Shown: in pieces, positions 27,096 through 36,593 of the stretch
How positions within the stretch are numbered: position 1 is the stretch's first letter
Layout of the letters: every line of letters starts with the position of its first letter
Assembly (NCBI GenBank): GCA_052146595.1
Contig: JBKQMT010000030.1
Coordinates: 11,687-75,686 of the forward strand
Origin: Acidimicrobiales bacterium
Lineage (GTDB): Bacteria > Actinomycetota > Acidimicrobiia > Acidimicrobiales > Bog-793
DNA: 64,000 nucleotides
Direction of reading: 5' to 3'
The notes under the pieces: model-generated
The model's input: only the letters and a program-made list of their open reading frames with translations
Database searches by the model: none
What the model was told of the DNA's origin: nothing
Program-made: the position numbers and the translations under genes

Positions 27096-29590
27096 AGGCC
27101 GTCATCATGGCGGGTGGGGAAGGCACGAGGCTGCGGCCGCTGACGGCCAACCAGCCGAAGCCGATGCTGCCCATGGCCAATGCGCCGATGGCGGAGCACG
27201 TGGTGAGCCTGCTCCGCCAGCACGGATTCGAGGAGATAGTCGTCACGGTCGGGTTCCTCGCGAGCACGATTCGCACTTATTTCGGGGACGGGTCTGAGCT
27301 CGGGGTGCATCTCGTCTATGCAACCGAGGAGACACCGCTCGGAACGGCGGGTTCGGTGCTCAATGCCAGAGACGAGCTGGACGACCGCTTCCTCGTCATC
27401 TCCGGCGACGTCCTCACGGATGTGGATCTGACGGCTCTGGTCGAGTTCCACGCTAAGCAGCAAGCGGTCGTCACGCTGGCCCTTCAGGCGGTTCCCAACC
27501 CGCTCGAGTTCGGCATCGTCATCATCGACGGGGAGGGACGCGTCGAACGCTTCCTCGAGAAGCCGGGCTGGGGCGACGTCTTCAGCGACACGATCAACAC
27601 CGGGATCTACGTTCTCGAGCCAGAGGTCTTCGACTGGATACCCGCCGGTCGGGCGGTCGACTTCTCTTCTGAGGTCTTTCCTTCCATGCTCGAAGCTGGT
27701 CGGCTGCTCTACGGCTACGTGGGGCGCGGCTATTGGGAGGACGTCGGCACGCTGGAGGCCTACCTGCGAGCGCACGCGGACATCCTCGACGGCAAGGTCC
27801 AGATCGACATGCCGGGCTTCCCGCTGCGCCCCGACGTGTGGCTGGGCGCAGGTGCGGAGATCCATCCCTCGGCAAAGATCGTCGGGCCCGCGCTCGTCGG
27901 TGACAACTGCCGCATCGGGCCAGGCGTCGAATTGAACGGCCACTGCGTGATCGGCGCCAATGTGCGTATCGGCGACAACACGGTGATCGAGCGGTGCGTG
28001 ATCCATGACAACGTCTACATCGCCTCAGCCGTGAACGCCCGCGGCTGTGTCATCGCACGGTCCTGCGACATCCGCCAGGGCGTGCACCTGGAGGAAGGAG
28101 TGGTGCTCGGCGAGGGATCGAGGGTGGGGCGCCAGGCCGTTGTCGGGGCGGGCGTGAAGGTGTACCCGCACAAGGTCATCGAGACAGGCGCTGTCGTGAA
28201 CTCCTCGATCATCTGGGAGTCCAGGGGGTCGCGGAGCCTTTTCGGGCGTCTCGGTGTGGCAGGGATCGCCAACGTCGACCTTTCGCCGGAGGTGGCGTTG
28301 CGGGTTGCCTTGGCGTACGCGACCACGCTGCCCAAGGGCGCCACGGTGGTCACCTCGCGTGACTCGAGCCGGGCGGCACGGATGCTCAAGCGCGCGGCCA
28401 TGGTCGGGATCACCGCCGCCGGCTGCAACGTCGAGGACCTCGAGGCCGCGACAGTGCCCGTGACGAGGTTCCTCACTCGTACAGGGACCGCAGTGGGAGG
28501 AATCAGCGTACGGCTCGTGCCCGGGGACCCCCAGTTCGTGGCCTTGCGTTTCTTGAACGAGGACGGGATGGACCTCGACGAAGCCGCGCAGCGGAGAATC
28601 GAGCGTCTCTACGACCGCGAGGAGTCACGACGGGTGCTCGCGGCCGAGATCGGCGACATCGGATTTGCATCGAGAACTCTCGAGTTCTACACGAACGAGC
28701 TCACCAACCACGTCGACCTCGACGCCATACGGGGTGCGAAGTTCAAGCTCGTCCTCGACTACGCCTTCGGTGCCACGAGCTTCGTCATGCCGAACGTTTT
28801 GGCCAAGCTCGGAGCCGACATTCTCGGGATCAACCCGAACGTCTCGACCGCCGGTGTCATCAGCTTCGACAGGGCGGTGCACGCGACCCGGCTCGTCGAG
28901 CTCGTCAACTCTTCGGGCGCCAACCTCGGGGCGATGCTGGATCCAGACGGGGAGCAGCTGACCCTTGTCGACGACACCGGGCATGTGCTCGGCGACGACG
29001 AGGCACTGCTCGCCCTCACGCTGCTTGTGTCGAGCGCGGAGCCCGAGAGCGTGATCGCGGTGCCTGTGGACGCGAGCCGTCAGGTGGAAGCGATCTGCGC
29101 TGCGACGGGCACGGAGGTGCTGCGGACCAAGCTCGGCGGCGTGCAGTTGCTGGAGGAGGCAGGCTCTCCCCGCATCGGTCTGGCGGCGAACACGTCCGGG
29201 GGCTTCGTCTTCCCGCCGTTCCTGCCTGCTTTCGATGCCGTGGCAACCTTGGTGCGAGTTCTCTCCCTCCTCGCCTCGAGGAAAGAGTCGCTGTCGAAGG
29301 TTGTGGCCCGCCTCCCTGAGACCTTCATCGTCCGGGAGGAGGTGCCGACGCCGTTCGAGCAAAAGGGCCTCGTCATGCGGACTCTCGTCGAGCAGGCAGA
29401 CCCTGCCGAGATCGTCCTGCTCGACGGATTGAAGACGATCGACGCCAACGGCTGGACGCTCGTAATACCGGATCCGGACGCTCCGGCCACTCATGTCCAT
29501 GCCGAGGGAAGAAGCCGAGCGGAGGCCGAGCAACGCGCTGAGCGGGCGGCCAACGCCATCAGACGGATCCTCACCGAAGGCACGCCCTGA
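27092..29590 (+). CDS. Mannose-1-phosphate guanylyltransferase fused to a phosphomannomutase-like domain
   Basis: MAGGEGTRLRPLT, YWEDVG, hexapeptide repeats, then a PMM-like region (LFGRLGV, SRDSS). Confidence 0.9.
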   Translation: MKAVIMAGGEGTRLRPLTANQPKPMLPMANAPMAEHVVSLLRQHGFEEIVVTVGFLASTIRTYFGDGSELGVHLVYATEETPLGTAGSVLNARDELDDRFLVISGDVLTDVDLTALVEFHAKQQAVVTLALQAVPNPLEFGIVIIDGEGRVERFLEKPGWGDVFSDTINTGIYVLEPEVFDWIPAGRAVDFSSEVFPSMLEAGRLLYGYVGRGYWEDVGTLEAYLRAHADILDGKVQIDMPGFPLRPDVWLGAGAEIHPSAKIVGPALVGDNCRIGPGVELNGHCVIGANVRIGDNTVIERCVIHDNVYIASAVNARGCVIARSCDIRQGVHLEEGVVLGEGSRVGRQAVVGAGVKVYPHKVIETGAVVNSSIIWESRGSRSLFGRLGVAGIANVDLSPEVALRVALAYATTLPKGATVVTSRDSSRAARMLKRAAMVGITAAGCNVEDLEAATVPVTRFLTRTGTAVGGISVRLVPGDPQFVALRFLNEDGMDLDEAAQRRIERLYDREESRRVLAAEIGDIGFASRTLEFYTNELTNHVDLDAIRGAKFKLVLDYAFGATSFVMPNVLAKLGADILGINPNVSTAGVISFDRAVHATRLVELVNSSGANLGAMLDPDGEQLTLVDDTGHVLGDDEALLALTLLVSSAEPESVIAVPVDASRQVEAICAATGTEVLRTKLGGVQLLEEAGSPRIGLAANTSGGFVFPPFLPAFDAVATLVRVLSLLASRKESLSKVVARLPETFIVREEVPTPFEQKGLVMRTLVEQADPAEIVLLDGLKTIDANGWTLVIPDPDAPATHVHAEGRSRAEAEQRAERAANAIRRILTEGTP

Positions 29591-29723
29591 GCGTCGTTGG
29601 CCCGAGCCGGCCGCGGGACTCGGCCCGTGCCCTGGGCCATCTGGCGGGGAAGCGTGCATGCCGGCGAGTGAGTACGATCGCCGCAGCGTGAAATTCACTG
29701 CCGCCCCTAAGGAGCCGTGAGAA

Positions 29724-30104
29724 ATGGAAGTCCCGCAAGACCTGAGATACACCTCCGACCACGAGTGGGCGCGCCTCGAGGATGCCAAGGTCAGGGTCGG
29801 CCTCACCGACTTCGCACAGGAGGCACTGGGAGACATCGTCTTTGTCCAGCTGCCGGCCGTCGGTGACAAGGTCGCCAAAGGTGGAGAGCTTGGCGAGGTC
29901 GAATCGACCAAGTCCGTGTCCCAGGTCTACGCACCCGTGGGCGGGACCATTGTCGAGGTGAACACATCACTGAGCGATCAGCCTGAGCGCATCAACGCCG
30001 ACGCGTACGGCGAAGGCTGGCTGTGCGTCATCGAAGCTTCAGTTCCCAGCGAGTTCGAGGAGCTCTTGGACGCCGCAGGCTACCGCTCGCTGACCGAATC
30101 CTGA
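29724..30104 (+). CDS. gcvH: Glycine cleavage system H protein
   Basis: YTSDHEW; lipoyl-Lys motif EVESTKSVS; INADAYGEGW. Confidence 0.97.
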   Translation: MEVPQDLRYTSDHEWARLEDAKVRVGLTDFAQEALGDIVFVQLPAVGDKVAKGGELGEVESTKSVSQVYAPVGGTIVEVNTSLSDQPERINADAYGEGWLCVIEASVPSEFEELLDAAGYRSLTES

Positions 30105-30242
30105 GAGATCGCCGGTCGGATCCGACCGCGCCACACGCCAGTCCGAGCGGAAGCATCGGGAAGCGCAACAATGACCGTTTGGAACATGACTGAGGCACTA
30201 ACAGCTGAGCGCGCCTGGGTAAGTCTCAGGTACCGTACAGGA

Positions 30243-30713
30243 GTGTTCTGTAACAACTGCGGCCACCGGAACCCGGCTGAAGCGAATTTCTGTTCATCGT
30301 GCGGCGCACCTCTAGCCGCGAGCACGGATACGACGATCTCGTTCCTGCCAGAGGATCCTTCGGGCGACTCTGCCGATGAGGAGGTCAATGTCCCCGCAGG
30401 CGACCTCGCGGAGGGCACGGGTGTGCTCGTGGTCAAGCGCGGGCCGGATGCCGGGGCGCGCTTTGTGCTGACGGGTGAGATCACGCGAGTGGGCAGGCAC
30501 CCCGACAGCGAGATATTCCTCGACGACGTGACCGTGTCGCGTCGCCACGCCGAGTTCCGGCGCGAGGGCGCCCACTACGTACTGGCCGATGTCGGCTCTT
30601 TGAACGGTACCTATGTCAACCGGGAGCGGATCGAGACCGCCACCTTGAAAGGTGGCGACGAGGTCCAGATAGGCAAATTCAAGCTCGTCTTCCTCTCCAC
30701 GAGCGCCGGCTGA
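30243..30713 (+). CDS. garA: Zinc-ribbon FHA protein (GarA/OdhI-like)
   Basis: CNNC/CSSC, DTTIS phospho-site-like motif, [29 protein letters not shown]; GTG at 30243. Confidence 0.88.
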   Translation: MFCNNCGHRNPAEANFCSSCGAPLAASTDTTISFLPEDPSGDSADEEVNVPAGDLAEGTGVLVVKRGPDAGARFVLTGEITRVGRHPDSEIFLDDVTVSRRHAEFRREGAHYVLADVGSLNGTYVNRERIETATLKGGDEVQIGKFKLVFLSTSAG

Positions 30714-30720
30714 GGTCAAC

Positions 30721-31929
30721 GTGGGGGAACGCTCCTATCTTGCAATTGGTGATGTGCTCGCGCTGTTGCGCGAGGAGTTCCCCGATGTCACGATCTCGAA
30801 GATCCGCTTCCTCGAGAGCAGGGGACTTCTCGACCCCGAGCGCACGCCGTCGGGTTACCGCAAGTTCTACGAACCGGACGTCGACCGCCTTCGTTGGATC
30901 TTGCGCCAGCAACGAGAGCATTTCCTTCCCCTGAAGGTGATCAAGGGTCGTCTCGAGAACGGGATGACCGACCCGGAGGCGCCTGCGCCGCACCTTTTCG
31001 AGATGGGTGACCCGCCTCCGGACCGAGAGGCAGAACCGGCACTGGTCGGTGCGCTCGGGGCAGCAGAGGTCGCTGAGGAGCTGGCGCAGGCGGCGCTCGC
31101 GACCGTTGCGCCCATGGTTGCCGTGGCTGCCTCCGCCGAACGCGGGCCGAACCGTGCCGGATCGCCGGTCGTGGCCACGAGCCAGCCACCTCCGCCCACC
31201 GCCCGCGTGCCGCAAGCAGGCCCGACGGGCCCGGGTAGCGATGCGCCGGGGGAGCCCCGCCAGGACGCCGCGCGCCGCTCGCCGGAGGCCGACGAAGCTG
31301 CGGGAGGGAGCACCGGTGCCTCACGACGCCGGCGCTCCACGAGCGCACCTGGTGCAGCGATCGGAGCGCACGCCGTTCAGACAAGAGCGCCCGCGGGTGG
31401 CCCCGAGGCGGCCACTCGGACCGAGCCGGACGCGGTGGGAGCCGGCGCCCGGGCCGAAGCCGGAGACGAGGAGAGAAAGGACGACGCCGGCCACGGGCGG
31501 CGTGCCGCCTCGCGCTCGACCGCGGGGCTGCCGGGCGCAGGACTGTCCGGGGCGAGCCTGACCCTTGCCGAACTCGCCAATGCCAGTGGCCTCGAGGTAT
31601 CAGGCGTCGAAGAACTGGAGAGTTTCGGCCTCATAGCCGGTCGCACGGTGGCCGGAGTCCATTGCTACGACGAAGAGGCGGTCCTCGTCGCCAAGCTGGC
31701 CGCCCGGTTCGCTCCCTACGGCATCGAGGCCCGCCACTTGAAGGTCTTCAAGCACGCGGCAGACCGCCAGACAGGGCTTTTCGCCCAAGTCGTCACACCG
31801 CTCCTGCGTCAACGCAATCCCGAGGCACGCGCCCGTGCCATCGAACAGCTCGCCGAGCTGGCCGAACTCGGCGAGGCACTGATGCGGTGTTTCTCGCAGG
31901 CGACCCTACGCGAACTGACCGGGGGGTGA
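30721..31929 (+). CDS. MerR-family regulator (FtsR/Rv1828-like) with long low-complexity linker
   Basis: [14 protein letters not shown]...[11 protein letters not shown]...LPLKVIK; C-terminal GIEARHL. Confidence 0.9.
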   Translation: MGERSYLAIGDVLALLREEFPDVTISKIRFLESRGLLDPERTPSGYRKFYEPDVDRLRWILRQQREHFLPLKVIKGRLENGMTDPEAPAPHLFEMGDPPPDREAEPALVGALGAAEVAEELAQAALATVAPMVAVAASAERGPNRAGSPVVATSQPPPPTARVPQAGPTGPGSDAPGEPRQDAARRSPEADEAAGGSTGASRRRRSTSAPGAAIGAHAVQTRAPAGGPEAATRTEPDAVGAGARAEAGDEERKDDAGHGRRAASRSTAGLPGAGLSGASLTLAELANASGLEVSGVEELESFGLIAGRTVAGVHCYDEEAVLVAKLAARFAPYGIEARHLKVFKHAADRQTGLFAQVVTPLLRQRNPEARARAIEQLAELAELGEALMRCFSQATLRELTGG

Positions 31930-32495
31930 GCCAACCCGAAAGCTCGCCCAGGTCGCTGCTCGACGCTGGCGACCTGGCCGCGATCGCCCACCGGCTCGGG
32001 GGCGATATCAGGCGCGACTATCCAGATGGCGTGGTCCTTGTCGCACTCTTGAAGGGGAGCATCTGCTTTCTCGCCGATCTCGTTCGGGAGCTGCCCGGGC
32101 CCTGTGAGCTCGACTTCCTCGCTCTTTCGGCCTATGGCGACGGTCGGACGCGGGTGCGGGTCGTCAAGGATCTCGATCTCGAGGTCGCCGGTCGGGACGT
32201 GGTCGTGGTCCTGGACATCGTCGACACCGGTCTCACGCTTGCCTACGTGCTCCGCCTGCTCGCCTTGCGCGGTGCACGCTCGACGGCCGCCTGCGCCCTC
32301 TTGGACCGGCAGAGCCGCAGGCTGCTGCCGGTCGAGATCCGATACGTCGGCCAGGTCATAAGCGATGAGCACGTCGTCGGCTACGGCTTGGACTTTGGCG
32401 AGCGCTACCGGAACCTGCCGGGGCTGCAGGTTGCCGACGAGGCAATTCTGCGTGCCGACCCGGCTGCGATGTTTGCGCGGCTCGCACAGCGGTAA
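31926..32495 (+). CDS. hpt: Hypoxanthine phosphoribosyltransferase-like protein
   Basis: [38 protein letters not shown]; GTG overlaps the upstream stop. Confidence 0.8.
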   Translation: MSQPESSPRSLLDAGDLAAIAHRLGGDIRRDYPDGVVLVALLKGSICFLADLVRELPGPCELDFLALSAYGDGRTRVRVVKDLDLEVAGRDVVVVLDIVDTGLTLAYVLRLLALRGARSTAACALLDRQSRRLLPVEIRYVGQVISDEHVVGYGLDFGERYRNLPGLQVADEAILRADPAAMFARLAQR

Positions 32496-32504
32496 GTTGC
32501 TGTC

Positions 32505-33008
32505 ATGGTCGAGGTGCATCTGAGGGCCGTCCGTGTCGACCTGGGGACGAGTACCCCGGTCGTTCTGTTGGAGGAGACTGAGGGGGCGCGCCGCTCGCTG
32601 CCGATCTTCGTCGGCGGACCAGAGGCGACCGCCATCGCCTTTGCGTTGCAAGGCGTCGAGCCTCCGCGGCCCATGAGCCACGATCTCATGCGCGAGCTCG
32701 TGGAGACCCTTGGCGCCAAGGTCGTGCGTGTGCTCGTGACCGAGCTTCGCGACGGCACGTTTTTCGCCGAGCTCCACCTTCGGGCCGGGGAGCGTGACGT
32801 TGTCGTATCGTGCCGCCCGTCGGACGCAATAGCCCTCGCCACGCGCACACGCTCGCCCTTGTACGTCGCCGATGACCTCATGGAGACCGAGGGGCTCGTG
32901 ATCGAGCCCGACGACGATGACGTCACCGTCGAGGGCAACCCCGACGAGCTCGTCGGCGAGTTCCGGGAGTTCCTCGACAGGATCCGGCCGGAGGACTTCA
33001 CCTCCTGA
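32505..33008 (+). CDS. Bifunctional nuclease family (DUF151, Rv1829-like)
   Basis: LPIFVGGPEATAIA, PRPMSHDL, RPSDAIALA, EFREFLDRIRPEDF. Confidence 0.93.
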   Translation: MVEVHLRAVRVDLGTSTPVVLLEETEGARRSLPIFVGGPEATAIAFALQGVEPPRPMSHDLMRELVETLGAKVVRVLVTELRDGTFFAELHLRAGERDVVVSCRPSDAIALATRTRSPLYVADDLMETEGLVIEPDDDDVTVEGNPDELVGEFREFLDRIRPEDFTS

Positions 33009-33108
33009 GCGGCTCGCCGAGCTGCGGGCCACCGGGCGTCGCAACCCTGAAGGTCAAGCTGCAGTAGACGTCGGCCCTTGGTCCCCAGTTCAAGGGGTTG
33101 ACCGGTCG

Positions 33109-33156
33109 TTGACGTCGAGCTTCGCGAGCCCTAACCTTCATTACGAGGGTGTAATT
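33109..33156 (+). promoter_or_regulatory. SigA promoter followed by an McdR-like operator
   Basis: TTGACG-17 nt-TAACCT (33109-33137); CATTACGAGGGTGTAATT at 33139-33156. Confidence 0.6.
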
Positions 33157-33217
33157 ACCGCGCTGTGCTCCACTAGGGCAAGGGGTGCCGCTCGGTAGCT
33201 GAGGACAGGGGCGCACG

Positions 33218-33736
33218 ATGGATCAAGTCGGTTTCCGCGGGCCGCAAGTGTGCAGCATCGTCGGTATCACTTACCGGCAGCTCGACTACTGGGACCGCAC
33301 GGGCCTGAGCCGCCCGTCGCTCGCCAAGGCGCGGGGCAGTGGGTCCCAGAGGCTTTATGCCTACAGGGACCTGCTCGAGCTGAAGGTGATCAAGCAGCTC
33401 CTCGACGGCGGTGTCAACCTGCGCCAAGCCAGGCGCGCCATCGAATGCCTGCGCGAGTCGGTCGGAGAGGACCTCACGACGGCCAATCTCGTCGTCGTCG
33501 GCGAGGGCTCGGTGCTCGTGCGCACCGGCGAGGAGATCATCGACTTGCTGCGAGGTGGCCAGGGCGTGTTCAACGTCGTCCCGCTGGCAGGAGTGGTAGG
33601 TGAGGTCGATGCGGCCATCTTGCGCATCGAACCAGCCCGCGTCGCCGGGAGCGGCGCGCCCACGGCTGCTTCAGAGGCTGTCACCGCCGAGATCCCGCCG
33701 AGGCCCGGCGCGACCCGCCTTGCCGAGGGAGGCTAG
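33218..33736 (+). CDS. MerR-family regulator (Rv1830/McdR/ResR-like)
   Basis: GFRGPQVCSIVGITYRQLDYW, GSGSQRLY, LLRGGQGVF. Confidence 0.93.
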   Translation: MDQVGFRGPQVCSIVGITYRQLDYWDRTGLSRPSLAKARGSGSQRLYAYRDLLELKVIKQLLDGGVNLRQARRAIECLRESVGEDLTTANLVVVGEGSVLVRTGEEIIDLLRGGQGVFNVVPLAGVVGEVDAAILRIEPARVAGSGAPTAASEAVTAEIPPRPGATRLAEGG

Positions 33737-33763
33737 ACGCTTTCCGGCCGGCGATCCGAACCG

Positions 33764-34123
33764 GTGGCCGAACGGCCACCACCCGCCGTGGTGCGGTTCG
33801 CCCATGACTCCGAGCGCCTGTTCGCCGAGCTGCTCGACTACTACGAGGTCAGCTGGGAGTATGAGCCCGTCGAGTTCGTTCTCGCCTGGGGCGCCGACGG
33901 TCAGCCGACAAGTGCCTTCCGGCCGGATTTCTACCTCAGCGAGCACGACGTCTTCCTCGAGCTGACGACGCTCCGCCAGGAGCTCGTGACGGTGAAGAAC
34001 CGCAAGCTGCGTCAGATGGCCGAGCTGTATCCCGAGGTCCGCGTGAGGGTCCTTTACCGCCGCGATGTCTTCAAATTGCTCGGAAAGTACCTGCCGGAAG
34101 CAACGGCTAGATTGGCCGGGTGA
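33764..34123 (+). CDS. PD-(D/E)xK-like nuclease-fold hypothetical protein
   Basis: FAHDSE...WEYEP...FRPDFYL...FLELTT...KNRK. Confidence 0.7.
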   Translation: MAERPPPAVVRFAHDSERLFAELLDYYEVSWEYEPVEFVLAWGADGQPTSAFRPDFYLSEHDVFLELTTLRQELVTVKNRKLRQMAELYPEVRVRVLYRRDVFKLLGKYLPEATARLAG

Positions 34124-35244
34124 CCCTCAAGCACTCGACATTGCACGACGAGCACATCGAGCTCGGCGCGAAATTGGTGGACTTCGGCGGCTGGGAGATG
34201 CCGCTGTCGTACCCCGAAGGCACGATCGCTGAGCACCTCGCCTGCAGGAACGACGCCGCTGTCTTCGACGTCAGCCATCTCGGCACCGTGCGGGTGGATG
34301 GGCCCGGCTCCTTCGAACTGCTACAGACCAACCTCACCAACGACCTCCACAAGATCGGACCCGGGCGCGCCCAGTACCAGCATCTGCTGGACAAAGACGA
34401 CGGATCGGTGCTCGACGACCTCATCGTGTGGTGGGTGGCCGAGGATCGATTCGACGTCATGCCGAATGCCTCCAACACTGCGCGAGTCCTCTCCGTGCTC
34501 GGCGGCCAGGACGTGACCCACGAACGGGCCGTCATCGCCGTGCAGGGACCGCGGGCGCGTGAGCGGCTGGCGACGGTGTCTCCTCAGGCTGCCGCCGTCG
34601 GCCATTTCGCGGTTGCAGACTTCGAGTTCCAAGGAGTGCCCTGCCGAGTCGCCGGCACCGGCTACACGGGCGAGGACGGCGTCGAGTGCGCCGTGCCGGG
34701 CGAGACGGCCCCCGCCTTTTGGCGAGCGGTGCTCGGCGCCGGAGTGAAACCGGCCGGTCTCGGTGCCCGGGACACCCTTCGCCTGGAGTCCGGCCTGCCC
34801 CTTCACGGACACGAGCTCGGTCCCGGCATCACCCCGCTGCAAGCGGGCCTCGGGTGGGTGGTCAGTTGGGACAAGGGCCCATTTCGCGGCCGCGAACCGC
34901 TGGAGAAAGAACGGGCCACCGGTCCCTGGCGCCGCCTGCGCGGCCTGCTCGCGGAGGGTCGCAGGCCACCGCGCAACGAGGATGCGCTCCTCATCGGCGG
35001 CGAGGTCTCAGGCGTGGTCACAAGCGGCAACTTCTCGCCGGTGCTGCAACGGGGGATCGCGCTCGGGTTCTTGCCCCCCGAGACGGCGATGGGGGCCGAG
35101 GTGGAGATAGCGATGCGTGGAGGTCGGGCTCCGGCCGTCGTCGTCAAGCCGCCGTTCCAGAAGTTGACGGTCCCGCCCGGCAGGGGCGATGGTGGTCCCG
35201 TTCGAGCTGCGGGTTCGAGCACCACAGAAGGGATGAGATCTTGA
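34120..35244 (+). CDS. gcvT: Glycine cleavage aminomethyltransferase T
   Basis: DFGGWEMPLSY, FDVSHLG, TGYTGEDGVE, GLGARDTLRLE. Confidence 0.96.
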   Translation: MTLKHSTLHDEHIELGAKLVDFGGWEMPLSYPEGTIAEHLACRNDAAVFDVSHLGTVRVDGPGSFELLQTNLTNDLHKIGPGRAQYQHLLDKDDGSVLDDLIVWWVAEDRFDVMPNASNTARVLSVLGGQDVTHERAVIAVQGPRARERLATVSPQAAAVGHFAVADFEFQGVPCRVAGTGYTGEDGVECAVPGETAPAFWRAVLGAGVKPAGLGARDTLRLESGLPLHGHELGPGITPLQAGLGWVVSWDKGPFRGREPLEKERATGPWRRLRGLLAEGRRPPRNEDALLIGGEVSGVVTSGNFSPVLQRGIALGFLPPETAMGAEVEIAMRGGRAPAVVVKPPFQKLTVPPGRGDGGPVRAAGSSTTEGMRS

Positions 35245-36593
35245 GCGCGCCGTTCGTTGCCCACACCGACGCCGAGATCGCCGAGATGCTCGCCTTTCTC
35301 GGCCTAGAAGAGCTCGACGACCTGTTCGCCGAGATTCCCGGGGCCCTTCGCCTTGCCGGCGGTCTGGATCTCCCCCCGGCGATGAGCGAGCCGGATGTGG
35401 CCTGGCGGCTCGAGGACCTTGCCGCCCGGAACCGGCCCTGCGGGCGTGAGCTCGTCTGCTTCGCGGGCGCGGGCTCTTATGACCACGAGATCCCCGCCGT
35501 GGTGAAGTCACTCGCATCTCGCTCGGAGTTCCTCACTGCTTATACCCCTTATCAGCCCGAGGTCTCCCAGGGAGTCCTGCAGGCGGTCTTCGAGTTTCAG
35601 ACGATGATCGCCCGCCTCTGCGGGCTCGACGTGGCGAACGCCTCCCTCTATGACGGGGCGGCATCGCTCGTCGAGGCGGTGAATTTGGCAGTCGTGGCGA
35701 CGGGCCACCGGCGGGTGCTCTGCTCCCAGGGCGTCAATCCCCATTGGCGCCGCCAACTGGAGACCTTTTCACGCGGCCCTGGCCACGAGATAGACACAGT
35801 GGCCCTCTCCGGGGGCGTCACCTCCTGGGACGAGGTCGTCGACGATGGACCGTTCGGAGCAGTCGTCGTCGCCGCTCCCAACTTCCTCGGCTGCCTGGAG
35901 GACATCGGTGCCGCCCGTGCGGTCGCCGACCGCGTCGGTGCCCGCCTCGTCGTGTGCTTCGATCCGGTCTCGGCCGGCCTGCTCCGCCCGCCGGGCGAGC
36001 TCGGGGCAGACGTGGTGGTGGGCGAGGGGCAACCGTTCGGCACGGCGCTCGGCTTCGGCGGTCCCTACCTGGGCCTGTTCGCCTGCCGCCTTGCCGATGT
36101 CAGGCGCCTTCCCGGACGCATCGTCGGCGAGACGATCGACCGGGAGGGCCGCCACGCCTATGTCATGACACTGCGGGCGCGCGAGCAGGACATCCGCCGG
36201 GAGCGGGCGTCGTCCAACGTCTGCACGAACCAGACCCTCATGGCCGTGACCGCCGCCATCCACCTTTCCTGGTTGGGCCCCAAGGGCCTGCGCGAGGTGG
36301 CGGTCCGGTCTGCGAGAGCCACCCGTTACACCCGGGAGGCGCTTTGCAGGATCGACGTCGTGGAGCCACTGACGACTGCCCCGGTGTTGCGTGAGTTCGC
36401 CATCAAGACGCCGCTTGCCCCGGAGAAGCTCATCGAACGGCTGGTAGAGGAGGGCTTTCTTGCCGGGGTGCCTGTCAGGGCCGGCTTCGAGGGGACCGCC
36501 TACGAGGGCGGACTGCTCGTGGCGGCCACCGAGCGACGCACTCGTTCCGAGATCGACGACTTCGCGGCCGCATTCGAAAAGGCCGTCCGATGA
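35241..36593 (+). CDS. gcvPA: Glycine dehydrogenase subunit 1
   Basis: TAYTPYQPEVSQG, NASLYDG, REQDIRRERASSNVCTNQ; TTG at 35241 overlaps the gcvT stop. Confidence 0.95.
   Translation: MSAPFVAHTDAEIAEMLAFLGLEELDDLFAEIPGALRLAGGLDLPPAMSEPDVAWRLEDLAARNRPCGRELVCFAGAGSYDHEIPAVVKSLASRSEFLTAYTPYQPEVSQGVLQAVFEFQTMIARLCGLDVANASLYDGAASLVEAVNLAVVATGHRRVLCSQGVNPHWRRQLETFSRGPGHEIDTVALSGGVTSWDEVVDDGPFGAVVVAAPNFLGCLEDIGAARAVADRVGARLVVCFDPVSAGLLRPPGELGADVVVGEGQPFGTALGFGGPYLGLFACRLADVRRLPGRIVGETIDREGRHAYVMTLRAREQDIRRERASSNVCTNQTLMAVTAAIHLSWLGPKGLREVAVRSARATRYTREALCRIDVVEPLTTAPVLREFAIKTPLAPEKLIERLVEEGFLAGVPVRAGFEGTAYEGGLLVAATERRTRSEIDDFAAAFEKAVR

Noticed and set aside
33736-34120. Glycine riboswitch expected upstream of the gcv genes
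   Set aside because: The region is occupied by a CDS overlapping the gcvT start; no aptamer recognised.
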